A stretch of DNA of 64,000 bases from Dehalococcoidia bacterium (GTDB lineage: Bacteria; Chloroflexota; Dehalococcoidia; Plut-88900), in the NCBI GenBank assembly GCA_965197585.1, contig OZ240215.1, positions 1,952,001 to 2,016,000 of the forward strand, written 5' to 3'. Position numbers and translations under genes: made by a program. Of this stretch, positions 37,792 to 47,724 are shown piece by piece (the first letter of the stretch is position 1; each line of letters opens with the position of its first letter). Under the pieces are notes generated by a model, which did not search any database, was not told the DNA's origin, and saw only the letters and a list, made by a program, of their open reading frames with translations.

Positions 37792-39039
37792 ATGAAGTTT
37801 CAACTTTTTGTATTGCCAACAATTCCGGGCATTCTGGAAGACGGAGAGCGGCTCCGTCCTATAGCCCGGAACAACGACCGTTTCCAGGAGATGCTGGAAC
37901 AGGTGAGGCAGATATGCATCCTGGGCGATGAGCTCGGGTTTGACTGCTTCTCCACCACAGAGCATCACTTCCACTCAGAAGGATACGAGTGTTCGGTAGC
38001 GCCGCTGGTGCTCTACTCGAACCTCGCAGCACAGACCAAGAGAATCAAGTTTGGCCCGCTGGGGCTCGTGCTCCCCTCATGGGACCCAATCCGGTGCGCA
38101 GAAGAGATCGCGATGCTGGACCACCTGACCAAGGGCCGGGTCATCGCGGGTTTCGCCCGGGGCTACCAGGACAGGTGGGTGAACGTGATGGGCCAGCAGT
38201 ACAAGGCCATCGCCGCGCAGTCCGACGAAAGCGCGGGCGACTCCCACAATCGTGAGATCTTCCAGGAAATCTTCCAGATCATCAAAGGAGCCTGGACACA
38301 GGACGCCTTCTCATTCAAGGGGAAGTACTACCAGGTGCCATACCCCTACGAGGAGGGGATCAGAAACTGGCCCGCGCAGAAGTGGACAGGTAGTCATGGC
38401 GCCCCTGGCGAGTTAGACGAGGAAGGGACAATTCGCAAGGTGTGCGTGGTGCCCAAGCCCTACCAGCAGCCCCACCCTCCCATTTTCAACGCCTTCTCGG
38501 TAAGCGAAAGTACGGTGCGATGGGCGGCAAAGGAGGGAACGATACCCCACATCCAGATCTCCCTCCCGGAGTCTTTCAACCGGCTTTGCCACGTCTATCA
38601 GGACGTGGCCCGGGAGAATGGACGAGACCTTAAACTGGGCGAGAGCGTCGGGGCGTCAAGGGTGGTGTACACGGGCAAGACCTACGAGGAAGCTTACAAG
38701 CTTGCGGAAGAGACGCTGGGCTGGAGCTACGCCGTATACTATAACCAGTTCGGGTTCGCAGAGGGGTTCCGGTATCCGGGCGAGGACGCACCAAGACCGT
38801 TGACCTTCACAAGCAAGGCCGCCGCCACTGAGCGGCTCGTTGACCAGGGCTATGGCATTGTCGGCACGGTGGATGACGTGAAGCGGAAGCTGGAAGACCT
38901 GCAACGCTGCCACGAGGACGGCGACGGCGACCTGGAATGGTTCGGGTTCCTGGTAGACCAGGGCATGTACCCGCTGGAGGAGGTGCTGGAGCAGGTCCAC
39001 ACCTTCGGGAGCAAGATCATGCCGGAGTTCCAAGGATAA
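37792..39039 (+). CDS. LLM class flavin-dependent oxidoreductase
   Basis: TEHHFHSEG, DHLTKGR, ARGYQ, PKPYQQPHPP. Confidence 0.93.
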   Translation: MKFQLFVLPTIPGILEDGERLRPIARNNDRFQEMLEQVRQICILGDELGFDCFSTTEHHFHSEGYECSVAPLVLYSNLAAQTKRIKFGPLGLVLPSWDPIRCAEEIAMLDHLTKGRVIAGFARGYQDRWVNVMGQQYKAIAAQSDESAGDSHNREIFQEIFQIIKGAWTQDAFSFKGKYYQVPYPYEEGIRNWPAQKWTGSHGAPGELDEEGTIRKVCVVPKPYQQPHPPIFNAFSVSESTVRWAAKEGTIPHIQISLPESFNRLCHVYQDVARENGRDLKLGESVGASRVVYTGKTYEEAYKLAEETLGWSYAVYYNQFGFAEGFRYPGEDAPRPLTFTSKAAATERLVDQGYGIVGTVDDVKRKLEDLQRCHEDGDGDLEWFGFLVDQGMYPLEEVLEQVHTFGSKIMPEFQG

Positions 39040-39099
39040 ACATGTATCGGGGGTGGCGCTGGCGCGCCACCCCCACCCGGCATAGGAGGTATTCCCGCA

Positions 39100-40206
39100 A
39101 TGACCTCTTCAGTAACCGAAAAGGCATCCCCTATCTGGAGGACTCTGCCCAGTCGCTACTATTGGGCCGAGGACATCTACGAACTTGAAAAAGAGCGCAT
39201 CTTCTACGACTCCTGGCTGTATGTCGGGCGGGTCGCCCAGATCCCGAACCCCGGCGACTTCATAACACAGGACATCGTTGACGAGAGCGTCATCGTAGTC
39301 AGGGACAAGCACGGCATCATAAACGCCTTCTCCAACGTTTGCCGACACCGGGGTAACAAGTTGTGCGGTGTGGCGTCGGGAAAGTTCAAGGGAAGCGCCA
39401 TTTCCTGCGGCTACCACGGTTGGACCTACGACCTGGATGGCGAGCTCATCGCCACGCCCAACATGCTAGGCACTGAAGGATTTCGCAAGGGAGACTTCCC
39501 CCTGTATCCCGTGGCCCTTCACTTTTGGGAGGGCGGCATCTTCGTCAACCTGTCGCCAAACCCAGAGCCATTCGACCCGGGGGTCGGGCCGATGGCGGAC
39601 ATATTGGCGCGGTACAACCTGGCGAACTTGGGTGTCGCTGCACGCAGGGAATACCACATCGACGCCAACTGGAAGCTGGTCCAGGAGAATAACGTAGAGT
39701 GTTACCACTGCCCTTCAATCCACCCCGAGCTCTGCGCTATACAGCCGAACGTAAGGAGGGGCAACATAGGCGCCTCTAACAGCGACGGCAACGCTCTCAT
39801 AGAAGGCGGAAACTCCTTCACGCTGGACGCTACGACTAACAGGCCCCTCATCAGCACCATAACTCCGGAGGATGAGGGACGCTTCCGAAGCACCCCCGTA
39901 TGGCCCGCCTTCTTCCTGGGCTTTCTGCCTGACCACGTCTTCACTTTCAACGTCTGGCCGACGGGAATAGAGAAGAGCACGGTGGTGATGGAGTGGCTGT
40001 TCGAGCCCTCAACCATCGCCATGCCGGACTTTGACCCGAGCGACACGGTGGAATTCCTGGACACGGTCGTGAGACAGGACTTCGGGATTTGCCACGAGGT
40101 GCAGAAGGGCATTAAGTCCCGGGCGCACAAGTCGGGGATCTACGCACCGAACGAGTTCCTGCCCCACGAGTTCAACGAATGGGTCAGGGCAAGGGTGGAT
40201 CGATAG
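39100..40206 (+). CDS. Rieske non-heme iron oxygenase alpha subunit (choline/glycine-betaine type)
   Basis: CRHRG...CGYHGW Rieske motif; ECYHC..IH and QD mononuclear Fe ligands. Confidence 0.93.
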   Translation: MTSSVTEKASPIWRTLPSRYYWAEDIYELEKERIFYDSWLYVGRVAQIPNPGDFITQDIVDESVIVVRDKHGIINAFSNVCRHRGNKLCGVASGKFKGSAISCGYHGWTYDLDGELIATPNMLGTEGFRKGDFPLYPVALHFWEGGIFVNLSPNPEPFDPGVGPMADILARYNLANLGVAARREYHIDANWKLVQENNVECYHCPSIHPELCAIQPNVRRGNIGASNSDGNALIEGGNSFTLDATTNRPLISTITPEDEGRFRSTPVWPAFFLGFLPDHVFTFNVWPTGIEKSTVVMEWLFEPSTIAMPDFDPSDTVEFLDTVVRQDFGICHEVQKGIKSRAHKSGIYAPNEFLPHEFNEWVRARVDR

Positions 40207-40295
40207 AGGTCTTCAAGATTGGACTTTGAGTGGACAAGCCCGGATAATGGGGCCGTCCCAATGGCATAAATTAGTGTTTCCTGGGGAGGATTAAC

Positions 40296-41531
40296 ATGGG
40301 CTACACAGGTAAAGTTATCTCCGGGGACTGCCACGTGGACATACCGTGGCTGCCCGCAGACCTATTCACCTCCAACGCTCCGTCCCATCTCAAGGACCGG
40401 ATGCCCCACGTGGAGGACACCAAGGATGGCGAGCAGTGGTTCGCCGGAGGCAGGCAACTCGGTTGCGTTGGGGGCGCCGGCATCGGACTGCAGCCCAGTC
40501 TATTCTGGGACCCCTATGTGCCCGGAGTCTCCACTCGGCTGGACCGGATGGAGGAACAGAATTTCTTCACCGATGCTCAACAGGGCCTGTTCCACCCCAC
40601 CACCCCCGAGTTGAGAATCAAGGACCAGGAGACGGACGGTATAAAGGGTGAGGTGCTATACGGCGTCCTGGCCCTGGCCAGCGGTTTTGGCTCGACTCAA
40701 GGTGAAGAAGGAGCAGTCATAGGCGGTGACGAACCCAGTGGCCCCGGTTACGGCCTCACCGACCCGGATGCCATCCTCTCAGCCTTCGACATCTATAACC
40801 AGTACATAGCTGACTTTTGCAATACCAACCCGGATAGATTAGCGGCCCTTGCCTGCCTATTTGCCCGAGACCCCAAAGAGGCTGCGCGCCAGGTACATCG
40901 TGCCGCAGAACTGGGTCTTAAGGGTACCGAACTCAACGTGAGCTCCACCGAAGAACCGATCTATCTCCGGGACTGGGACCCCTTGTGGGCCGCTGTGGAC
41001 GAGTCTGGGTTGCCGATCTCGTTCCACACGGTCGGGCTGTCGCCCAAGGCGCCGAAGAGGGACACCACAGCGTCAGAAAGGGCGATCATGACAGGGGTGG
41101 CACTGACCGTCTTCCAGCTGTCGGGCGCGGAATTTGTATCCAGCATCATCCTTTCCGGCGCATGCGAGCGGTACCCGAATATGAAGTTCGTCCTGGGAGA
41201 ATGCGGCGTCGGGTGGCTTCCCTACGTCCTGTTCAGGATGGACGACGAGGCGGAGCGCTGGAAGATCGCAGAGCACGGCCTGAAAATGAAGCCGTCCGAA
41301 TACTGGCACCGCCAGGGTTACTCCACATTCCAGATCGAGTACCTCACCAATGAGATGGTGGAGACGGTGGGAGAGGACAACATTCTTTGGGGCTCCGACT
41401 ACCCACACCCCGACTGCGTGTGGCCCGACTCCCGGTCCGTCATCGATGAGAACCTGAGCCACCTGGACGAGGGCAAGCTAAAGAAGATCGTGTGTGATAA
41501 CACGGCCAAATTGTACGGTTTCCCCAACTAA
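40296..41531 (+). CDS. Amidohydrolase family protein
   Basis: ISGDCH, SFH, LGECG, GSDYPH. Confidence 0.93.
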   Translation: MGYTGKVISGDCHVDIPWLPADLFTSNAPSHLKDRMPHVEDTKDGEQWFAGGRQLGCVGGAGIGLQPSLFWDPYVPGVSTRLDRMEEQNFFTDAQQGLFHPTTPELRIKDQETDGIKGEVLYGVLALASGFGSTQGEEGAVIGGDEPSGPGYGLTDPDAILSAFDIYNQYIADFCNTNPDRLAALACLFARDPKEAARQVHRAAELGLKGTELNVSSTEEPIYLRDWDPLWAAVDESGLPISFHTVGLSPKAPKRDTTASERAIMTGVALTVFQLSGAEFVSSIILSGACERYPNMKFVLGECGVGWLPYVLFRMDDEAERWKIAEHGLKMKPSEYWHRQGYSTFQIEYLTNEMVETVGEDNILWGSDYPHPDCVWPDSRSVIDENLSHLDEGKLKKIVCDNTAKLYGFPN

Positions 41532-41590
41532 ACTAATCCCGTAATTTCGAGGTCTAGGCAGTCAATAGCACTTCTTATAGGAGGGCGGCC

Positions 41591-42817
41591 ATGAGCTATA
41601 CGGGCAAGGTTATATCGGGGGACTGTCACCTGGACATTCCCTGGCTGCCGGAAGACCTGTTCACGTCCCGGGGCCCGGCTCACCTGAAAGACAAGATGCC
41701 CCGGGTGAAGGAAACCGACCAGGGCCTCAAGTGGTTCTCCGAAGACCGCGTACTTGGTTGGGTTGGAGGCGCCGGAATCGGCGTGAGGCCCGGGGGTTGG
41801 GACCCGTATGTCTCGGGGATGTCCAAGCGGCTGGACCGTATGGAGGAGCTTAAATTCTTCTCCGACGCCAACAACAGGGTCCTGCGCCCCGGCACCGCAG
41901 ATTTAAGAATCAAGGACCAGGACTCCGACGGCGTGAGTGGCGAAGTGATATACGGCGTACTGGGGCTTGGCGGGTTTGCCGGCCAAAACGAATCGGAGAG
42001 TGCGCCGGTTATGGGCGACGAGCCCTCGGGCCCCGGCTACGGCATACAGGACCCGGAGGTGATTACCGCCGTCTACGATGCCTACAGTGAGTGGATGTCG
42101 GGCTTTTGCAAGACCAACCCGGACCGGCTGGTGGGCCTCACCTGTCTCAGTCCCAACGACCCGAACATCGCCGCGGCACAGCTGCGGCGGGCCTCGGACC
42201 TCGGTCTCAGGGGCGCGGAGATGAACGTCGCCTCCGCTACCGACCCCCTCTACCACAAGAACTGGGACGCATTATGGGAAGCCGCCGACGAGACGGGCCT
42301 GCCCATATCCTTCCACACCGTCGGCATCGCGCCCCGGTCCCCGAAACCCGAGGAGGTAGAGGACTACCACTGGGTGCTGAACGGCCTCGTGATAACCATG
42401 TTCCAGCTAGCAGGGGCCGAATACCTAGCCAGCATCATCTACGGCGGGGCCCTGGATCGTTATCCCAACTTCAAGTTCATCCTGGGAGAGTGCGGCATCG
42501 CATGGATCCCCTACGTCCTGTTTCGCATGGACGACGAGTACGAAAGGCAGCTCTTCCACCTGGGCCTCAGCATGAAGCCCAGCGAGTACTGGGCCCGCCA
42601 GGGTTACTCCACCTTCCAGATAGAGCACCTGACGAACGAGATGATCGACGTGGTTGGCGAGGACAACATCATGTGGGGGTCCGACTACCCGCACCCCGAC
42701 TGCGTCTGGCCCGACTCCCGGACTGTGATCAACGACCACCTCGGACACCTCGATGAGTCCAAGATCAGGAAGCTGGTCTGTGACAACACAGCCAAGCTGT
42801 ACGGATTCCCGAACTAG
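41591..42817 (+). CDS. Amidohydrolase family protein
   Basis: Tandem paralog of 40296-41531. Confidence 0.93.
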   Translation: MSYTGKVISGDCHLDIPWLPEDLFTSRGPAHLKDKMPRVKETDQGLKWFSEDRVLGWVGGAGIGVRPGGWDPYVSGMSKRLDRMEELKFFSDANNRVLRPGTADLRIKDQDSDGVSGEVIYGVLGLGGFAGQNESESAPVMGDEPSGPGYGIQDPEVITAVYDAYSEWMSGFCKTNPDRLVGLTCLSPNDPNIAAAQLRRASDLGLRGAEMNVASATDPLYHKNWDALWEAADETGLPISFHTVGIAPRSPKPEEVEDYHWVLNGLVITMFQLAGAEYLASIIYGGALDRYPNFKFILGECGIAWIPYVLFRMDDEYERQLFHLGLSMKPSEYWARQGYSTFQIEHLTNEMIDVVGEDNIMWGSDYPHPDCVWPDSRTVINDHLGHLDESKIRKLVCDNTAKLYGFPN

Positions 42818-42860
42818 TATTTCCCAGCGAGCCCATTAGCATTCAGTGGGGAGGAAGACG

Positions 42861-44570
42861 ATGGCTGAGTTCGATGCCGTAATCAGGAACGGGACGGTAG
42901 TTGAGGCCACGGGGATACCCGCCTACAGGGCGGATGTGGGGATCAAGAACGGCAAGATTGCCCAGATGAGCGGCAGCATCAAGGGCTCCGGGGCGAAGGA
43001 GCTGGACGCTACGGGGTGCATCGTGGCGCCCGGCGCAGTAGAGCAGCACGCCCACTACGACGGTCAGATCAATTGGGACCCGTACTGCAGCCTGTCCGGC
43101 TGGCATGGTATGACTTCCATGACCATCGGGCACTGTGGCTATGGAGTCGCCCCCGTGAGGCCCGAGGACCGGGAAGCTAACATGCAGCTCCACTCCCGCA
43201 TAGAGGCGATACCGCTGCACTCCATGCGGGCGGGCATTCGCTGGGACTGGGTCACATTCCCGGAGTACCTGGATAGCCTCCAACGGCAGGGTGTAGGTGT
43301 GAACGTGGGCGCAATGTTCGCGTATTCTCCTGCACGGGTATGGGTGATGGGAGCAGAAGAGGCGGCGAACAGGGCAGCTATCACTGAAGAGGAACTGGAC
43401 CAGATTCTTGCTCTATTCAGGGAAGCGCTGGACGCGGGAGCCTTCGGTTTCTCCCTGAACAAGAACATGGCAGACCGGCCTGCGACCGGTGGACTATTGC
43501 CGACCCACGTGGCCGCCGACGTCGAATTCGAGTCCCTGGCCCGAGTCCTCGGTGAGTACGGGCTTGGGGGGATCACGATGACCCTCGGGAGTACGGATGA
43601 CGAGGGGAGGGACATGCTGGTCGAGAAGCTCGCCCAGGCCAGCGGCCGCCCCGTCCAGTTCGCCGCCCTGAACTACAGCGACCAGGACCCGGGCCTGTAC
43701 AAGAGGCAGTTGGCCTGGGTGGAGGGCGCCAAGGCTCGAGGGATGTCCATCTACGGTCAGTCCATCGCCATGCCGATAGACCCTAGGTTCAAGCTCTCGG
43801 AGTTCAACCTCCTCGACGATATGCCAAATTGGTTCATCGCCCTCCTTGGCACCCGGGAAGAGAGGATCGAGAGGCTTCAGCGCAAGGAGATACGGGACGG
43901 GATGAAGAGGGACATCGCCGAGTGGGAGGAGACGGACTTCCATAAGGACTGGTCAAAGATCACTGTGATTGAGACGGTGCACGAGCGAAATTACAAATAC
44001 GACGGCATGAGCATCGCCGAAATAGCTGCGTCGGAGGGCAAGGACCCCGTGGATGCATGGCTAGACCTGAGCCTTGACGAAGGTCTGGAAACCGAGTTCA
44101 GCCTCTCGGGGCTGATTGGCGGCAACGCCGAGGCGGACGTCGAGACGCTTACTCATCCCCTGACGCACCCGTCGTTCTCGGATGGCGGCGCCCACGTCCG
44201 CTTCTTCACAACCAGCACCTGGCCGACCTACCTGCTGAGCCACTGGGTGCGGGACGAGGGGGCTCTTACACTGGAGCAGGCCCACTACAAGATGAGTGCT
44301 CTTCCCGCTTGGCTGGCCGGGTTCCGGGACAGGGGCATCCTCCGGGAAGGCATGGCCGCCGATACCATCGTCTACAACCTGGACGAGATAGGCTTCGAGA
44401 CGGACAAGCCCGAGTACGCCACCGACTTCCCCGGGGGCGAGAAGAGGCTGATCCAGAAGCCCAAGGGAATGCGCTACATCATGGTCAACGGCACGGTGAC
44501 TTTCGAGGAGAACAAGTGCACCGGAGCCCTGCCGGGCAACGTCTTGAGAAGCTACGACATGATTGGCTAA
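42861..44570 (+). CDS. N-acyl-D-amino-acid deacylase family amidohydrolase
   Basis: HAHYD, GHCG, SDGGAH, DRGILREG, DFPGG. Confidence 0.88.
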   Translation: MAEFDAVIRNGTVVEATGIPAYRADVGIKNGKIAQMSGSIKGSGAKELDATGCIVAPGAVEQHAHYDGQINWDPYCSLSGWHGMTSMTIGHCGYGVAPVRPEDREANMQLHSRIEAIPLHSMRAGIRWDWVTFPEYLDSLQRQGVGVNVGAMFAYSPARVWVMGAEEAANRAAITEEELDQILALFREALDAGAFGFSLNKNMADRPATGGLLPTHVAADVEFESLARVLGEYGLGGITMTLGSTDDEGRDMLVEKLAQASGRPVQFAALNYSDQDPGLYKRQLAWVEGAKARGMSIYGQSIAMPIDPRFKLSEFNLLDDMPNWFIALLGTREERIERLQRKEIRDGMKRDIAEWEETDFHKDWSKITVIETVHERNYKYDGMSIAEIAASEGKDPVDAWLDLSLDEGLETEFSLSGLIGGNAEADVETLTHPLTHPSFSDGGAHVRFFTTSTWPTYLLSHWVRDEGALTLEQAHYKMSALPAWLAGFRDRGILREGMAADTIVYNLDEIGFETDKPEYATDFPGGEKRLIQKPKGMRYIMVNGTVTFEENKCTGALPGNVLRSYDMIG

Positions 44571-44593
44571 GGGTGCGATTCATACGATAACCT

Positions 44594-44628
44594 TATAGGG
44601 GGGCGAGACTCGTCCCCCTATATTTTTG
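44594..44628 (+). terminator. Intrinsic terminator
   Basis: tatagggg...cccctata followed by a T-tract. Confidence 0.65.
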
Positions 44629-44645
44629 TGGACGAGTAGCCAGAT

Positions 44646-44957
44646 ATGCGCATAAAAGAAGGTAACAGACCCATTGTCCACCGCGGCGATTCCTTCGAGA
44701 TCGAGGTTGACAGTAATCCGATGTCGGCTCATCACGGTGAGACGGTTGCATCAGTGATGTTGAGTAGCGGCAGTCGGGCGCTCCGTAACACCCGTAAGGA
44801 GGGCAAGCCTCGGGGGCTCTTTTGCGGGATAGGGGTGTGCTATGACTGTCTGGTGGTGGTGGATGGAAGGGCTAACGTGCGGGCCTGCATGACTAGGGCC
44901 GTACCGGGCATGCAGGTGCGGACACAGCATGGCATTGGGGGAGAGGAGGAGGAATGA
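44646..44957 (+). CDS. 2Fe-2S subunit (HcnA/opine oxidase-like)
   Basis: CGIGVCYDC...RAC. Confidence 0.9.
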   Translation: MRIKEGNRPIVHRGDSFEIEVDSNPMSAHHGETVASVMLSSGSRALRNTRKEGKPRGLFCGIGVCYDCLVVVDGRANVRACMTRAVPGMQVRTQHGIGGEEEE

Positions 44958-46360
44958 ACAGCATCGACCTGGCGATAGTCGGGGCGGGGCCCGCAGGGCT
45001 GTCGGCGGCGCTGGCTGCGGCGTCGTGCGGCCTTCGGCCCGTGGTCATCGACGAGAACCCGGCTCCCGGGGGGCAGATATACCGCCAGCTTCCTGCCGAC
45101 TTTCGGGTGGAAAGGGCAGGGGCCCTCGGGCACACCTATCAGAAGGGCCAAAAGCTGCTAGCCAGGGCCTATCAGGCCGATATCGAATTGAGGCTGGGTA
45201 CTACGGTCTGGGGGCTGTTCAATCCCCTAATCCTCGGGCTGGACAGTGGGGATAGCGCCGAGTCCCTTCAGTGCAAGGCACTAGTGCTCTCTACAGGCGG
45301 CTACGACCGGACGGTTCCCTTCCCCGGCTGGACACTCCCCGGCGTAATGACTCTTGGAGGGGCGCAGACGTTGGTTAAGAGCCAGAGGATGCTGCCGGGG
45401 AAGAGGATTGTGCTGTCCGGGTCAGGGCCGTTTCTAATGCCGGTAGCGTCGCAGCTGATAAGGGGCGGGGCGAAGATAGTAGTTGTGCTCGAAGCGTCTA
45501 AGCCAATGGGGTGGCTCTCAAGGGCGGGCGCCCTCTGGGGGCAATGGGAGCGTTTCCAGGAGGCATGGGAATACGTGACTCCGGTGATCAAGGCGCGAAC
45601 GCGGGTCAGGTTTGGTCAGGCGGTAATTGAGGTGAGGGGCAGGGACAAAGTGGAAGGGGTCGTAACAGCGTCTCTGGACAAGAACTGGCGCCCGATACCC
45701 GGGACAAAGCGGACGATAATGGCGGACGCTGTGGCGGTGGGGTACGGGTTCAGCATCAACACGCAGCTGTCGCGGCTGTGCCGGTGTGAGCACGAGTTCA
45801 AGCCGGGCTACGGCGGCTGGACAGTGAAGGTCGACGCCCGGCAGGCGACTTCCGTCGCCAACGTCTTTGCAGCGGGGGAGGCCACTGGCATCGGGGGTTC
45901 GGACATTGCGGCTGCCGAGGGGGCGATAGCCGGATACTCGGCGGCGCAGGCCTTGGGAAGGATCACCGAGTCGGTGGCCCGGGCGCTGCAAGCGCCCCAC
46001 GTCAGTCGGCTCCGCAAGCTGAGACCCTTCGCCCGGATGATGGCAGACTTGTTCGCGCCAAGGGACGGATTGCTGGAAATAACCACGCCCGACACCATCG
46101 TATGCCGGTGCGAGGAAGTCTCGGCGGCTGAGATTGACCAAGCCATCGACTCAGGTGCAAACGACCTCAGTGGGGTGAAGTCTAGAACGCGGGTGGGGAT
46201 GGGTCTTTGTCAGGGTCGAGTGTGCGGGGCGGCGGTGGCCGGGCTGATAGCGCGGCATACGGGTCGGCCGCAGGCCGAGGCGGGGGCCAATACCGGCAGG
46301 CCGATAGTGAAGCCCGTGTCGATCGGGGCGCTCGCCAAGATGGAGCAGAGCGAGTCATGA
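44954..46360 (+). CDS. FAD/NAD oxidoreductase with BFD-like 2Fe-2S domain (HcnB/OoxA-like)
   Basis: GAGPAG, GGQIYR, PGWTLPGV, CRCEEV, GMGLCQGRVC. Confidence 0.92.
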   Translation: MNSIDLAIVGAGPAGLSAALAAASCGLRPVVIDENPAPGGQIYRQLPADFRVERAGALGHTYQKGQKLLARAYQADIELRLGTTVWGLFNPLILGLDSGDSAESLQCKALVLSTGGYDRTVPFPGWTLPGVMTLGGAQTLVKSQRMLPGKRIVLSGSGPFLMPVASQLIRGGAKIVVVLEASKPMGWLSRAGALWGQWERFQEAWEYVTPVIKARTRVRFGQAVIEVRGRDKVEGVVTASLDKNWRPIPGTKRTIMADAVAVGYGFSINTQLSRLCRCEHEFKPGYGGWTVKVDARQATSVANVFAAGEATGIGGSDIAAAEGAIAGYSAAQALGRITESVARALQAPHVSRLRKLRPFARMMADLFAPRDGLLEITTPDTIVCRCEEVSAAEIDQAIDSGANDLSGVKSRTRVGMGLCQGRVCGAAVAGLIARHTGRPQAEAGANTGRPIVKPVSIGALAKMEQSES

Positions 46361-47517
46361 GTCCAACCGTCGCAACGGCTGACGCGGTGGTGATCGGCGG
46401 GGGGATAGTCGGGACTTCCACAGCGTACCACCTGACACGGATGGGGGCCAAGGTAGCGCTGCTGGAGCGGGGGGCCATCGCTTCCGGGACTTCGGGGGCG
46501 TGCGACGGGCAGATCCTGATCGCGGACAGGCACCCGGGCCCCGAGCTGGAGCTGGGCAAACTGGCCGTGCGTCGGTGGAAAGAGCTGGCCGCCGAGCTTC
46601 CGTTCGATGTCGAGTACGAGGTGAACGGGAGCACGCTCATAGCAGAGGTGGAGGAGGATCTGGGCGTATTGGCCAAGCTTGTTAAGTCACTTCAGAACGA
46701 GTCGGTGGCCGCCGAACTGATAGAGGGCCCGGCGGCGCGGGAACTGGAACCCAATCTGGCGGAGGACATACCTGGCTTGGCCTTCTTCCCGGGACATGGG
46801 CAGGTGCAGCCTCAACTCGCTTCGTGGGCTATGGCGGAGGCGGCAAGGCTCGGGGGGGCGGACGTCAGGACCTATTCGCCGGTTACCAGCATAGAGAAGG
46901 ACAACGATGGGAAAATCTCGGCGGTGTTGGCCGGAAATGACCGGATAGCGACACCCGTGGTGGTGAATGCGTCGGGGGCGTGGAGTGCGTCGATTGGGGA
47001 GATGGTGGGAGTCAAGGTGCCGGTTATACCCCGGCGGGGGCACATCCTGGTATCGGAGCCCGCGCCGGCGATAATCAAACACGCGGCGATGGGAGCATCC
47101 TATACACGCACCATAGATGCGGAGGCGGCGAGCCTGCAGGTGGCGACGGTTATCGAACACACAAAGAGCGGGCCGATGCTTCTAGGGAGCAGCCGGGAGT
47201 TCATAGGGTTCGACGGCAACGAGCAGCTGGCCGCGGTGACGGGCATAGCGGCAGGGGCGGTACGCTTCTTCCCTGCCCTGGCCGGGGTTCAGATCATGCG
47301 GTGCTACACGGGGTTCCGGCCCTACACGGCAGACCACCTGCCGATCATCGGGGCTTGCGAGGCCGTGCCAGGCTTCTACCTGAACACGGGCCACGAGGGT
47401 GGCGGGATCTGCATGGGGCCCGTTTCTGGGATGCTGGTGGCACAGTTGATCACGGGGCAGGATCCGGCGATACCGATGGAGCCGTATAACATTGCGAGGT
47501 TTGGTACTCAAGCCTAG
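46357..47517 (+). CDS. DAO-family FAD oxidoreductase (HcnC/OoxB-like)
   Basis: IGGGIVG, GFRPY, GHEGGG; ATGA overlap with the previous gene. Confidence 0.92.
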   Translation: MSPTVATADAVVIGGGIVGTSTAYHLTRMGAKVALLERGAIASGTSGACDGQILIADRHPGPELELGKLAVRRWKELAAELPFDVEYEVNGSTLIAEVEEDLGVLAKLVKSLQNESVAAELIEGPAARELEPNLAEDIPGLAFFPGHGQVQPQLASWAMAEAARLGGADVRTYSPVTSIEKDNDGKISAVLAGNDRIATPVVVNASGAWSASIGEMVGVKVPVIPRRGHILVSEPAPAIIKHAAMGASYTRTIDAEAASLQVATVIEHTKSGPMLLGSSREFIGFDGNEQLAAVTGIAAGAVRFFPALAGVQIMRCYTGFRPYTADHLPIIGACEAVPGFYLNTGHEGGGICMGPVSGMLVAQLITGQDPAIPMEPYNIARFGTQA

Positions 47518-47558
47518 TGCTTGGCTTTCACCAGAGGGAAGGGCCACCACCCGCTCGA

Positions 47559-47627
47559 CCCTTCGACTCTGCTCAGGATGAGCGGCTCCTCACGGAGGTG
47601 GATTCTCGATCGTGGTCGGGAATGACG
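47559..47627. repeat. REP-like family B (CCCTTCGACT..CTCAGG and GATTC..GAATGAC)
   Basis: Related to 48544-48568 and, inverted, to 6257-6269. Confidence 0.55.
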
Positions 47628-47724
47628 GAGGGTGGGGTGACACTGCTCGGAGCCCGAGTGGTTGAAGAAGTGATTTGGCACACCTATAATCGGGCAACGA
47701 ACTGCCCGTTTAAGGAGAAAATGA

